A stretch of DNA of 46,152 nucleotides, filler included, from Jimgerdemannia flammicorona (taxonomy: Eukaryota), in the NCBI GenBank assembly GCA_003990765.1. It is 2 parts of 2 records of this genome, joined end to end, with 100 filler letters (N's around TTAATTAATTAA, not from the genome) between each part and the next. Parts side by side here need not be neighbours in the genome. Positions count along the whole stretch, not along the records: positions 23,130 to 46,152 come from RBNJ01001169.1; 1 more part is not named here. One strand, given 5' to 3'. Under the pieces are notes generated by a model, which worked only from the letters and a program-made list of their open reading frames with translations, did not search any database and was not told the origin of the DNA. This document shows, one piece after another, positions 34,620 to 46,152 of this stretch. Within the stretch, counting starts at the first letter, position 1, and each line of letters starts with the position of its first letter. Made by a program: the position numbers and the translations under genes.

Positions 34620-37600
34620 CTCAACTTCTTTTGCTTAAATCACTCAGAGTAAGCTAAGCTACATAGATATCTTTTTATGAAAAACAATATATGTTTTCAA
34701 GTTTTTACTTTACCTATATAGGTATACTAGATATGACAAGAGTCTATCTATAATTAATAATAAGTTTTATTGAAATCTGTTAAGTTTTGGTACTATAGAG
34801 AGTCAAAGTTTCTCAGGCTCTAAGTGCTTGGAGAGGAGAAGACCTAGCTTGGACCTCCCTAAGAGTTTTGCTGCTATTGCTAGAGCTGGAGGTATAGTGG
34901 AGAGGACTGATGATCAGGAGTAGGCTACTGGAGCAGATGGGTGATATACTGTAGTGGGGGACAGGAGGGCAGCCTCTAGACCTACAGTTGGTGGGCAGGG
35001 AGAGCATAGTATTGACAGGGGGAAAAGTCAGATGATGGGTCTAGTGATAGGTCAGAGGCCTATTCAGGATCAGGGGTCTGGTAGTGGGACTACTGAGACT
35101 AGTTTTACTAAAGCTGGGTCAGTGGCTGGTAATGGATCTACTAGTGGTACAGTGGTGGCTAAAGAGGTAGTGGTTGGTGTTTCAGGAGACAAGGACAGGA
35201 TGCCCTTGGTAGCTAGAACTGATAAACTGGTGGTACATTTTTTTTTTTTTTTTTTTTTTATATGTAGTCATATAGACTTCTACTTTATTACCAAATCATC
35301 TATATTATACTAATATAGATATACTCCTCTCTCAATCCTATGAGGAACCTCTCCTTCTATCTCTCCATTCCTCTAAAATACTACCAACACCCCTACCACC
35401 TCAATTCTCTCTTGCTCTACTGATAAATCATCTTCACCAGTGACCTCCAAAGACCTCCTCTAGTGTCTCACCCCTGCTACCAACTATTCAAAAGGTCTAC
35501 CATCAGCCACTCTCACCTTCTACTTTACACCTCAAGCATTAGCTACTGATTACTCTTAAATATATATATATATAGTCAATATCTGGTAAGTCCAATCCAA
35601 ATAGCCAAATACCCACCCAATAGTTAATTACTCTTCATCCAACCCTCCTACCAGCTGCCTCCAAAGGTCACCCCACCTCCTCTCCACCATTGGCCCTGGT
35701 GGTCATACTCCCAGCTACTCCTTAATAGCTCTCCAAAAGTCACCCATCATCTCACACTCTCCTAGCCAATGTTTAGACATCTGTACTGCTCTTCTCTTCT
35801 ATCTAATGTTCAGACATTCCTCACACTCCAGGGCACCCCCTTCTACCAAGTAATCTAACTGATAGTTCAACATTATATTACACTACAGGAGTCTCTATTG
35901 TATCACCAAAATCTTGGGGGAAATCCACTGTGCTGCCTGCTTACTCTATGATCAAATACCATTCCAGTCTCACTCTTTGCTAATTCCCACTCTCTGCTAT
36001 ATCTTTTGTCACAAATCTCTCCTGTACTCTCAAAGATACTCTATGCTATCTTCTAAACAAAAGTCATCTACTAGTGTCCCCCCTAACAGAAGATAGTCCC
36101 ACTTCTATATCTGGGGTCTCCAGTCCTTCTCTCTCTTATCTCCCTACTAACAGAGGCCAATTCAGTGAGCCCCATCAACTACTCCCCACCAGAATCTCTT
36201 AAAGTATATCCTCTGGCTCCTCTTCAATGCTATCAGAGAGAGCAGGTTCCCAGAAGTACTATGCGGAGAGAACAATGTCTCTCATAACTTCTGCATGAGA
36301 GGAACCCACTCCTGGTCCCTCAACTCACTAGCTCACTTCAGCCACCATACCCTCAAGCAATGCAGATACTTGGTAAAGTCCACCAGACCCAGTCCTCCCA
36401 AGTCCACTGATAGGGTTATCACCTCTCAGCCAATATAACTCTGTCACCCTGCCCATATCTAGATTCTGGCCATCTTTAACAATCTCTTGACCACCAATAC
36501 CAGAAAGTTCAAGTAGTACTCCAGATACCATAGCTTAGGCAACCAGTATACATTAAACACTATCACTCTCTAGCCAGAGATATATATTGACCACCCTACT
36601 TTAGAAGAGTGCTCTCTCACTTAACTAGCCACCACTCTCACTATATATAGGACAATAAGGAACCATATACTGAGAAGTAGATCTCCAGGTAACAAACTAT
36701 CTCTCCAGCTGGTACAACTGTCCCAATCACATCTCTACCTACTATCTCTTCTCCCAACACCAAAGTCTCACACTTACATATGTCAGTTGAGCTTAGCATC
36801 AGAACATCTCTCATACCATTCCACTACTCTCTTCAGTACTGCTATATCCTCCACCAATCCCAACACTACCACTATATTATTGATAAAGGCCACCACCTTC
36901 CAATTAATCCTCAAAATGTCCAACTCCCCAACCTTGTGTCTAATTCTATTTAGTAAAGGCTCCAGAGATAGTATATATAGTATTGGCAACAGCAGATCTC
37001 CTTGTAGCACTCTTCTGCCTAGTGGGAAAGAAACCCCCTGATGTCTATTCACTAGAATTACTGCCCTACTCTCTTCTAGTAGACTGACCAAGGCTCATCA
37101 AAACTCTGGGGAGACTCCTATATACTTCCACACCCCCTCCAACCACACTTACTGGACTCTGTTATAAGTCTTCTCCTGGACCAGAAATACCAACTAACTA
37201 TCTATCCTTGCAGTCTGAGCTTCTTCAATAATACCATACATCCAAGCCATTCTATCTCTAATCAAATGGCCCCCTATGAAGCTCCTCTGCTCTGCCCCCA
37301 GCACTTGCTGAGCTACTTCTTACAGCCTAGTGACCAATATCTTCTTAACCAGCTTATAATCTATATTCAGTAGCATAATCAGCCACCAGTTCTTCTACTT
37401 CTCTCTTCTCTCCTTGTCCTTATACAGCAGAGCTATAAGATATAGATACTGCCCTCTAATCTACTCTCCAGAGCTAATGACTCTATCACACATCCCTATT
37501 ATCTCTTCCATAATCAACTTAACACCTACTATCTTCTTTCAAAAATTCCACATTAAGCCATTCTCCCCTGGTGCTGTCCCTAAGCTCATCTTTGCCAGTA

Positions 37601-40600
37601 CCCAACAAATCTCCTCCTCTTGGATAGGAGTGCCAAGATCACTTAAGCCTCCTGCCAGATCCAGGTACCAGTCCTCCAGATGTCTTTCAATGTCCAGTAC
37701 CTCCTTCCCTCCTTCTTTCTCACTCTACAACTATTTCCACCAAGTACTCAACTGGCCCAAAATCTCTGGGATCCCAACCACCATCTCTCCTCTCTCATCT
37801 AAAACTCCCTTCCACCTCTGCCTCACCCTTCACACCTGCAGAAGTTTTGACAGAAACTTTGTAGGCCTCTTCATCTCCTCCAAGCCCCCACCTCAGCTGG
37901 GTTACCATGCCCTTCACCTGTAGGTCTTTTTCCTGCCTCAGCAATCTCTTCAGCTTCTCTACCTCCAGCCTGACCTACTGGATCCTCCAATCCCCCTCCT
38001 TGCCATCACTCAGCATATCAGTCTATGATATCAACAATCTCTCTAGCCTCTGAGAGGCCCACTTGATATGCCTCCTCCTCTGAGCACCCCACAACCTCCC
38101 TACCTCTCTCCAGTATCCTTGTACCTCTGATTTCAAATACCACTAATGATCCCCAATCTCCAGCCCCTTTACTCTTCAGCTACATATATATCCTAGAACT
38201 AATATTCACCACCCAAGCATTCCAGAGAGAGGGCTCTCCCAGCAATAAAGTATTTAGATACTAATATCCAGATCCCTCCCCACTTCCCCCCTTCTGTCTC
38301 TCAATAGACTCCAATGATCCGACCATAAGCACCAAACCATCTCCAAAGATCTCCAGACATCCTCTCTCCAATATTTATCAGTTAACATCCAGTCAATCCT
38401 CAAGTCCAGCCATGCTACCCAGTGAGTATAGACTCTGCAATTCCTTCATCTAAGCCTCCCAGTATCTATCAGAGATCTCAGACATTTGACCTCCTCCCAG
38501 ACTTCCATATCCCTACTCCTACCAACTATCTCTCTCTCTCTCTATCAGTTCTGTCTAACTGCCTATCATATATCATGTTAAAGTCCCCACCTAAACAGTC
38601 AATTCCTATAACTACCAACTCACCTAACTCTCATAGTTCTCTTATCTATTCCACCTGCTCTCCCCTTTCCACTGGGCAATAATACAACTTAACAGTCAAG
38701 AGACTCCAGCCTGGCCTCTTCCACACTCTCTACACCACCCTGCTCTCCCAATGTCCAATGTCCCCAATGTCTCCCTTACTCTTTCAAACTAATATATATA
38801 CTCAACTCTGCTATATAGCCACCCCTCTCTATTCCTTTATCCAGTTCAGAGTATCTAAGTCCCCATTACATCTAATATCCTATAGTAAGAACAGATCAGT
38901 GTCCAGCCCCTTCAGCCAACAAAAGATATTCCTGCACCTCACTACTCCCTGTAACCTATTGATATTTAAAGAGAAGATTTTAGTTATACTGTTCATATTG
39001 AATAATGTTTTTGTGAAGAACAATCACTTACTCTACAATTTCATACTCACTATATCACTAGTAACATCCAGATTCCTTTCTGTCTCAAGCTCATTCACCA
39101 CTCCTTGCTGAGCATCTAATACCTCCAAGATCTCCTGACAGTCCTCCCCATCTACTGCCTCCATATTAGCCTGATACTCCTTGCACACTATCTGCCAATT
39201 TTGTCAACCCCTTCTTAGGGCTCTACAGATAGAAAGCATAGTTATTTGCAATTACCAAGAGTGCCACCTCTCTGTTGTCATCTATCTGATACTCTTCAGC
39301 TTCTAGCAGGGCTGCCATTATCTTATTCTGGAGTTTTCACACCATCTCCTCATCTCTTAGAATTTCCCCCCAGTGTCTCTTACTAATCAAATAGAAGTCT
39401 ACCTCCCCTAGCTCCTCAGTCACAATATTTATCAGTGTTTTCCACAGCTACTGCTCCTCATCAATAGTCTCCCCCACTTTCTGGATTATCTCCTTCTCCC
39501 CATCAACCTGCCCTCCATCAGTATTCATCTATACAGACTCATCTCAGTCCTTCTCCAGCATATCTTGCAGCTCATCAACTTCTCCTTCCCCTGAAGGCAC
39601 ACCATACTAAACTCACTCCTCCTCTACTATCACTTCATCTATAGTCATTATGCTCTGTCCTGAGTCACCACCCTCTCCCAGGGTCACCCTCTCCCAGGGT
39701 CACCACTAGTACTGCTCTATTATCCTCTGCCCAAGCACTCACTCTTAACCCTACACCTTTAGCAGTGTTCTCTCCCTCAACTCTCTCTCCCAATTTTGCC
39801 AACAGGTCTTTCTGAATTCGCCTCTCTTGTGCTCTTTCCCAGGCAGCCCAGTCCAGACACACTCTCTTGCCATTTACAATCTCTACTACCATCTTGGCTT
39901 CAAACTCCTTCTAAGCCAACCTCCTCCTCTCAACTGCTCCAACCAGGTCCTCCAATGCCTCTAGTAAGTCCTTCTTCTCCTCTGGTGTCTCCTTCACCCT
40001 CAAGACCTTATACTCCACTGGTTCCCAATTGAGTACTGCTGGCCAGTCCCTCTCTTTGCCAGTATTCTCCTTGCCTACTAGCTGTACTCTGACATTCACA
40101 TCTTCTATCCTTAACTCCATGCCTTCTTTGACCTAAAATCCAATATCTGCAATATCCTCAAACTCTTTGATAACATTTATAATCAATTTCCTGACCATCT
40201 CATTCATCACTGTAGGTACATCTACTATTATCAACTGTATCACTTGGGGGTTCCAGCATAAGCACTGAGCCATAGAGATCACCACCTCCTCCACTATTAC
40301 TTCTTACTTCATTGTCCTCAGCAGTAAATCTTTCTCTTCAAAGTTCACCTCCACCCCTTCCAGTTCTTTCAAAAACTTTACTGAGGCTGCTCCCTTCACC
40401 TCCTAGATCAGAAGTTTCAGAATCATCTTCACTGTAACTACTAAGCCCAAGAAATACAATGTAATAGTAAAATCTGACATTGATTTCTTAAATAATAGTG
40501 CTGTCACCAGGCCCAATATACCATCATCCAGGTCCCCAGGCCTTGTGTCTCCCCTCAGCCCAGATCTACTATCAGTCATCACATCTGGATTTTTTTTCAG

Positions 40601-41750
40601 ATTAGCAGTCTCCTCTCCATCAGCAGTCCTACTCTCTCCAGTCTCAACTTCCCCAGTCCTACTGTTACTGTCACTATGGGCTACTCTACTCAGCCCTGCA
40701 GCCCTCTCCTTCTCCTTACCTTTGTGCAACCAACTCTCTAATCCAGTCAATGGGTATTCTGCCTTAATCTTATTAGCAAAGCTCATTCTCTCAGATCTCT
40801 GTCTACTAGCTCCTCCTCTTCCACCCCCTTATCAATCAGCAAGAGTGCCCACCAGACTCCCCCTCAAGTCATGACTCCTTCTCACATACTGTCAGTCAAA
40901 TACACTAGGGCCACCCTGCTTAGTATATCTCTCAGAATACTCATCAGTTACTATATTACTATCCCTTTTCTCCAAAAATGATGTTGAAAGTATTGCTAGA
41001 AGTTTGTACAACCTGAATATTACCAGAGGTAGTACATTCTTTCTTTTATAAGTCAGTAGCTATGTGGGTGATTTCTGTCAACTTCCTGGGGCCAGGACTG
41101 TCAGCCAGAGATGTTCTGAGACTGGTGGGTGAATAAATTGCTAGAGCAGACTTATTGAGATTTATTCCATTGGTGGAGACAGTTGAGGTTAGTTTTGTTG
41201 AGAAGGATGTAATTGTGAAGGCAATGGAGAAAGGGCTGATGGTTAGGAATATCAAGGTTCAAATAGTGAGATGCTTGAGGTAGGACCCATATGTGGTATA
41301 TCTGGTGGTTGAAGGATTGCTAATACTGGGCAGATAGAAGATGAAGGAGATGATGGCCAAGGCTCTGGAAGGTTTTAGTGAGATGGTGGATTTTGGTTTC
41401 ATGTTTTAGGAGAGTATGAAGCTGAGGAATGACAATTGCAAGATATTGGTATAGTTGGAAGAGAAGGAGGCAATAGGATTGGAGTGAGACTGGTCTGAGA
41501 TCATTTGAGTTAGTGGACAGGAGTGCTAAGTCTGAAGGAGAAAAGGATCTGAACAGGAAGGAGAACTGTTGCTGATTGCTCTAGAGGAGAAGGAGGAGAC
41601 AAAGGCTTTGTAGATAAGAAAGTAGGAGAAGTTTGCAAAATACTGGGTCAGGATTCAGACAGATGGGAAGAGGAGGTGTTGGTATAAGGAGAATTGGGAG
41701 TAGTTGCAGACTGTGTTCCAGGAGTCTGCTAAGGAGGAGGCCATGAGCAA
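34620..41750 (+). mobile_element. Divergent LINE F 5' region/ORF1 in two pieces (34620-35239 and 41028-41750)
   Basis: Removing LINE E restores the frame KLVVHSFFYKS...VRCLR*DPYVVYLVVEGL...EMVDFGF, homologous to ORF1 of D. 5' boundary uncertain. Confidence 0.7.
35238..41027 (-). mobile_element. Full-length (~5.8 kb) L1/Tx1-like LINE E, degenerate
   Basis: Poly(T) at 35238-35259, AATAAA on - at 35284-35289, TSD ggtggtacatt/ggtagtacatt. ORF1 ~40960-39035, ORF2 from 38996 with VLQGDLLLPILY and AFINN (decayed AFADD). Confidence 0.93.
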
Positions 41751-42399
41751 AATTCAGATAATACAAGACTCAGACAATACTTTCCACAACATTTTTGTTG
41801 AAAGGAGACTATCAATATGGACAGCAATGAATGTACTGGTGAGCATGTTAGCCAGGGGGGCAGTAGTGTCTTCGACTGGCAGCATGTAGGGAGGAGGCAG
41901 GGAGACAGTTTGGAGATGCCAAAGCCTACTATGGTTGGCTGTGGTGTTGATAATAGAGGAGATGGGTGGGGGAGCAGGATCTGGGGCTGGTGACATTACT
42001 TTACAAGAATAAAGGAAGGTGAGAGAACTGGAAGAACTGGTGGCCAATTATGCCACTGGATATAGACAGAAAGTTGGTGACTAAGGTGGTGGTCACAAGG
42101 CTATAGAAGGTGGCCCAGCAAGTCTTGGTTATTGAGCAGAGGGGCTTTGTAGGAGGCCAGCTAGGGATGGCACAGCCTGGGTATATGGAGTTATTAAAGG
42201 GGCATGAGCTTGTGGACTGGATGGGCAACTGGTCTTCTTGGACCAGGAGAAGGCTTATGACCAGGTGTGGTGAGTCTGGCTATTGAAAGTATTGGATAGG
42301 ACTGGAGTACCACACCAGTTCTGGTCAGCAATGATCAGTCTACTGGAAGGGAGTAGGGCTGCACTCATATATAATAGACATAAAGGGGTACTGGACCTT
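41750..42399 (+). mobile_element. Internally deleted LINE G (5' end fused to the RT region)
   Basis: 41750-41935 matches the LINE 5' UTR/ORF1 start. From ~41950 it reads WVGEQDLGLVTLLYKNKG...FLDQEKAYD. Confidence 0.75.
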
Positions 42400-45300
42400 T
42401 CTCTGCTATAATTCATATTACACACACTTTTACAATACACTTTCAAGTTATTTATTAGAGAAAGATACTAAGGTAATGGCAACCAGCAAGCAAGCAGATG
42501 CATGTACTAGGTCAGATGGGCCTGGGGCCTTTGACTGACAATATGTTGGATGAGAGTATGGGCTTGGGATAGGGTCTTTCAGTGGCCCAAGTGGGTAGGG
42601 CAGCTTGGGCAGTAGAAGTGGCACTGATGGTGAGTCTGGAGAGCAGAAGGGGAGGAGCTTTGCAGACATGCTGTAGGCTGGAGGTTGGCTGGTGAGAACT
42701 TACAGTGGGCAGGTAGGAGGGAAGGAGAAGCAGAAGGTTGGGAAAGCTAGAGGTGCTGGCCCTCAGCCAGTGGGTGGTAGGGATAGTAGAGTAGCTACTG
42801 AGAGTAGTGATGGGACTACTGATGGAGGCATTACTGGGAATCTGGAAAAAAATTCAGATGTGACTATTGATGAAAGGGCTGGGCAGATGGGCCCAAAGAG
42901 GAAGGAGGACCTAGCAGATGGTGTGATAGGGCTGGTGGTGGTGCTATTACTCAAGAAATCGATCTCAGAGTTTGCAGCGATCTTGTGCTTCCAAGGCCTA
43001 GCAGTGATAGTGAGAATGGTCCTGGGGATTATCTTGAAGCAGGTGGCAGAGGCTGCCTCAGTGAAGTTCCTGAAGGAATTGGAGGGAGTGGAGGTGGGTT
43101 TTGAGAAGGCAGGTCTGCTGGAAGAGGCATTGAAGACTGGAGTAGCTGTAGGAGAGGTAGTGGTACCTATAGTGAGGTACTTGAGGTGGGACCACAGAGT
43201 GGTTCAGCTGCTAGTGAAGGGGGTGCTAATGGTGATGACTATGGAGACCAGGAGGATAGTTGAGGAGGTGATAGCAGAGTATGGTGATGTGGTGGATATT
43301 GGATTTCAGATGTGGGAGGGAACTACTTTTAGAACTGACAATATAGACATCCAGATTCAGCTGGCTGGGAGAGAGGCTACTAGGAAGGCAAGTGACTGGC
43401 CCTCAGTTATACTGTGGGGGGCTTTCATCTATAAGGTATTGAGGGTGAAGGAGAGTGAAGAGGAGGAGGAGGATCTGTTGGAGGCTCTGGAAGAGAGGAG
43501 TGGAGCAGTTGAGAGAAGGGCTAAGGCCTGGCAGGTGTACATAGATTTGACACACATAGAGATCATGAATGGGAAACATATCTGCACTGACAAGAGGCAG
43601 TGAGAGAGGGCTCAGGGGTGCAAGAGGCAGAGGGAGTTGTTGGTGAGTATGGAAGAAGGAGAGAAGAGGAAGGCAGGAAGTGTTGAGAAGTCAGGGGGTG
43701 CCAAGGTGAGTGTCTGGGCCAGCGAGGGGAGAGGAGAGGTCAAGGAGGGTCAGGATGGGGTAGGGAAGCCACCACACAGTGACCCTTATGTGAATGATAC
43801 ATTTGAAGTCTGGGAACCGGACTTCAATGGTACCCTCTCTCTTGTCAGGCATGGCCCTGCTGCAAGGAGCTGGGTGGCAGAGAATGCACTGATGCACAGA
43901 GCCCAGTAGGTGTATTTTGGAGTTCCGGATCTGGCAAAAGGTAGACAGGTGGTGGCAGTTGGTGAGGATGAGCTGGTGGATGTAACAGAGGAGAAGTGGG
44001 ATGAAACTACAAGTGCAGGAGCCAATACCATGATGCTAGATACTGAAGGCCTGCAACTCCAGGGGGGAAGGAGATGGAGAACCTACTGTGCCTGTGCCAG
44101 ATGATGAACAACTTTGCAGCTGAAGAGTTGGGAGAAGTGGACCTACAAGTGATGAGTGAGGAGCATTGGACATGGATCTTGCAGAGTAATGGGGTTATAG
44201 AGGCACTGAAGGTGAAGGTGCTTGCAATTCTTCTGGAGGAGGAAGGGTATGAGATTGATAAGGAGAGAGAGGCTGAGCTGGCAGTAGTTGCAGGTGAGCA
44301 GGCTGTCTTCTGTTAGGCAGAGTGACATGGACTGAGGCTCTGGCAGGAGGCCTGCCTGGAGTACCATGAGGACTTTGAGGAAAAGAAGGATGGGGAGATG
44401 GCTGAACTTCTGATCAGATTGGAGGCAAAGGAGGTTGAAGAGGAGGCTTTGGCTGCTGAACACAACTTGGACTTGGCATGAGAGGAGAGGCATGTGGATT
44501 TGTAGAGGGTGGGCAGGATAATTCTTCTAAAAAAAACATTATCTCTAATGAATAGTACAACAAACATTTTCTCTCTGAATGTGAATAGACTATAGAGATC
44601 TGGGCAGTATAGGAACATTTTTAATTAGCTTAAGAGTTTGGAGGCTGATCTCTTTCTGCTATAGGATGTTCAATGTAAGAATGATGAGGATCAGGAGGCA
44701 TAGACCAGAGGATGGGGAGGAACTGCAGCTTGGATTGGTAAAGTGGCAATTTTGGTGTGGGGTGGTAAGGGGACTTGGGTGGAATAGGAAGCTGGGGAGA
44801 CTATTTGGTGTAGGGGGAATGGCATATGCCTGGGTGGGCACTAGTGAAGGATGGGTCTTGCTATTGCCCAGCAGTTAGGGGTGAGAGGATTGTATGGATT
44901 ACAAGTCTTTTGAAAGAGGGCACTCTTATGGAGGAGGGGGTTGATATTCTGGAAGGAGACTTTAATATGGTATGGGATATTCAGTTGGATAGGACTGATG
45001 GAGAGAGGAGTGTGAGTGGTAGAAGTGGTGGCCTGGATAAGTGGGAGAAGGTGGAGAACCTTAGCTCCCTGAGGGATGTGGGCAGGACAGAGTGAGGAGA
45101 TAGGAGGATTTACATGCACTGGGTGAATGGACTGGGTACAAGGATTGCTGGATCCTGATGGCCAAGTACTGGGGAATGGATGTTTGAAAGACTCTAGAGG
45201 TAGAGTAGTGTCCATGGTCTGATCATTGGGGTCTCTTGGGGCAGGGGCAGTTTGGGGGGAGTGGAGATAGACCTGGACATTGGTGCCTTAACTCCTCTCT

Positions 45301-45857
45301 GCTGGCTGAGAAGGTTTTGTGGGACCTGTGGGTGGAGGAAATATAGGTGAAGATTGCCAGCTGGACACATAAGGGTTTGCCAGTGGGTGTCTAATAGATA
45401 AAGTTGAAAGAGGCTGTATGGGTTTACTGAGGAGGGGCTGGTAGAGAGGCAGGGAAACAGAGAAGGAAAAGGGTGAGGTGTGCTTCCAGTCAGTTGGTTA
45501 GACTGCAGATGAAATGGGCAGATTTGTTATATTCTGGCAAGGTCAATGACTGGTGATTGGCACATGCAAAACTGGAGGTTATGGAACTGCAACAGGTGTT
45601 GAGAGAGGAGGAGGAGATGTGCATGAGAGGAATGGCAGCCTGGCTGAGGTGGCAGGGGCTGGAGGAGGGGGAGAGGCCTACTAGATACTTGTCAAGGCTC
45701 CTCTAGGCCAGGAGGGTGTAGTATTGATGAGATGGGGTCCTTGATGTAGAGGGGGAAATGATGCATAGCATATAATGGATCTTGGGAGTACTGAAGAAGA
45801 GGTGGAGGGGTCTGTGGAGTGAGGAGGAAGGGGGTGAGGATGAGGTGGCAATTGGAG
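42400..45857 (+). mobile_element. LINE H (ORF1 plus APE part of ORF2), interrupted by an LTR insertion
   Basis: 5' end tctctgctataattca, ORF1 homologue at 42692-43603 and beyond, ORF2 ATG at 44548 (FSLNVN, EGDFN, SDH). Confidence 0.9.
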
Positions 45858-46152
45858 TGTAAGCGCACAACCTCCAAGCCACCGAAATCACATGTCACCC
45901 TCTGGACAAGCCACTGAAATTACATGCGACCTCCGAACAAATCTGGAAATCACCTGCCTGATCACGAAGCTGAGTCAAACCGAAGTCACAGCGCACAAAG
46001 CTGAGTCAATACGAAGTCACGGAATACAAGATTCACACAAACGGAATCTTACCAATCAGGACCAAATGCATATATACCGAGCACCGAGATACGTCGAAAC
46101 AGAGAACCAAAACAAACAACAACCACAACTTCCAATATACACAAACATGACC
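45858..46152 (+). mobile_element. Start of a second, less mutated copy of the ORF-bearing LTR
   Basis: tgtaagcgcacaacc start. Aligns with 28572-28835, retains more CpG, and has one extra ~31-bp subrepeat. Confidence 0.92.

Overview
Eukaryotic DNA, probably fungal (inference from chromoviruses and RIP-like decay), that is almost entirely a nest of decayed retrotransposons. An artificial 100-bp N/TTAATTAATTAA join at 23030-23129 splits it, so the two halves need not be adjacent. Left half: an AT-rich foldback repeat was invaded by Ty3/gypsy element B (963 to ~17400, +). B in turn holds a 5'-truncated L1/Tx1-like LINE, a complete chromovirus A (3300-12417, -) and a near full-length LINE D. Right half: the 3' end of a host LRR gene built from 84-nt one-repeat exons, then chromovirus C (25628-33768, +). 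C carries a 2045-bp ORF-bearing solo-LTR-like insert and a poly(A)-only retroposition. A LINE-in-LINE stack follows, capped by a second copy of that LTR. Most notable: (i) an unrecognised accessory protein family shared between the 3' ORF of chromovirus A and an ORF inside a different family's LTR; (ii) all three gypsy families carry dUTPase in two different positions, and two share an unrecognised ~40-aa Cys/His module between dUTPase and protease; (iii) graded CpG then CpA C-to-T hypermutation of repeats; (iv) LRR exons that vary almost only at the splice junction while the introns are near-identical. All alignments were done by eye and domain boundaries are approximate.
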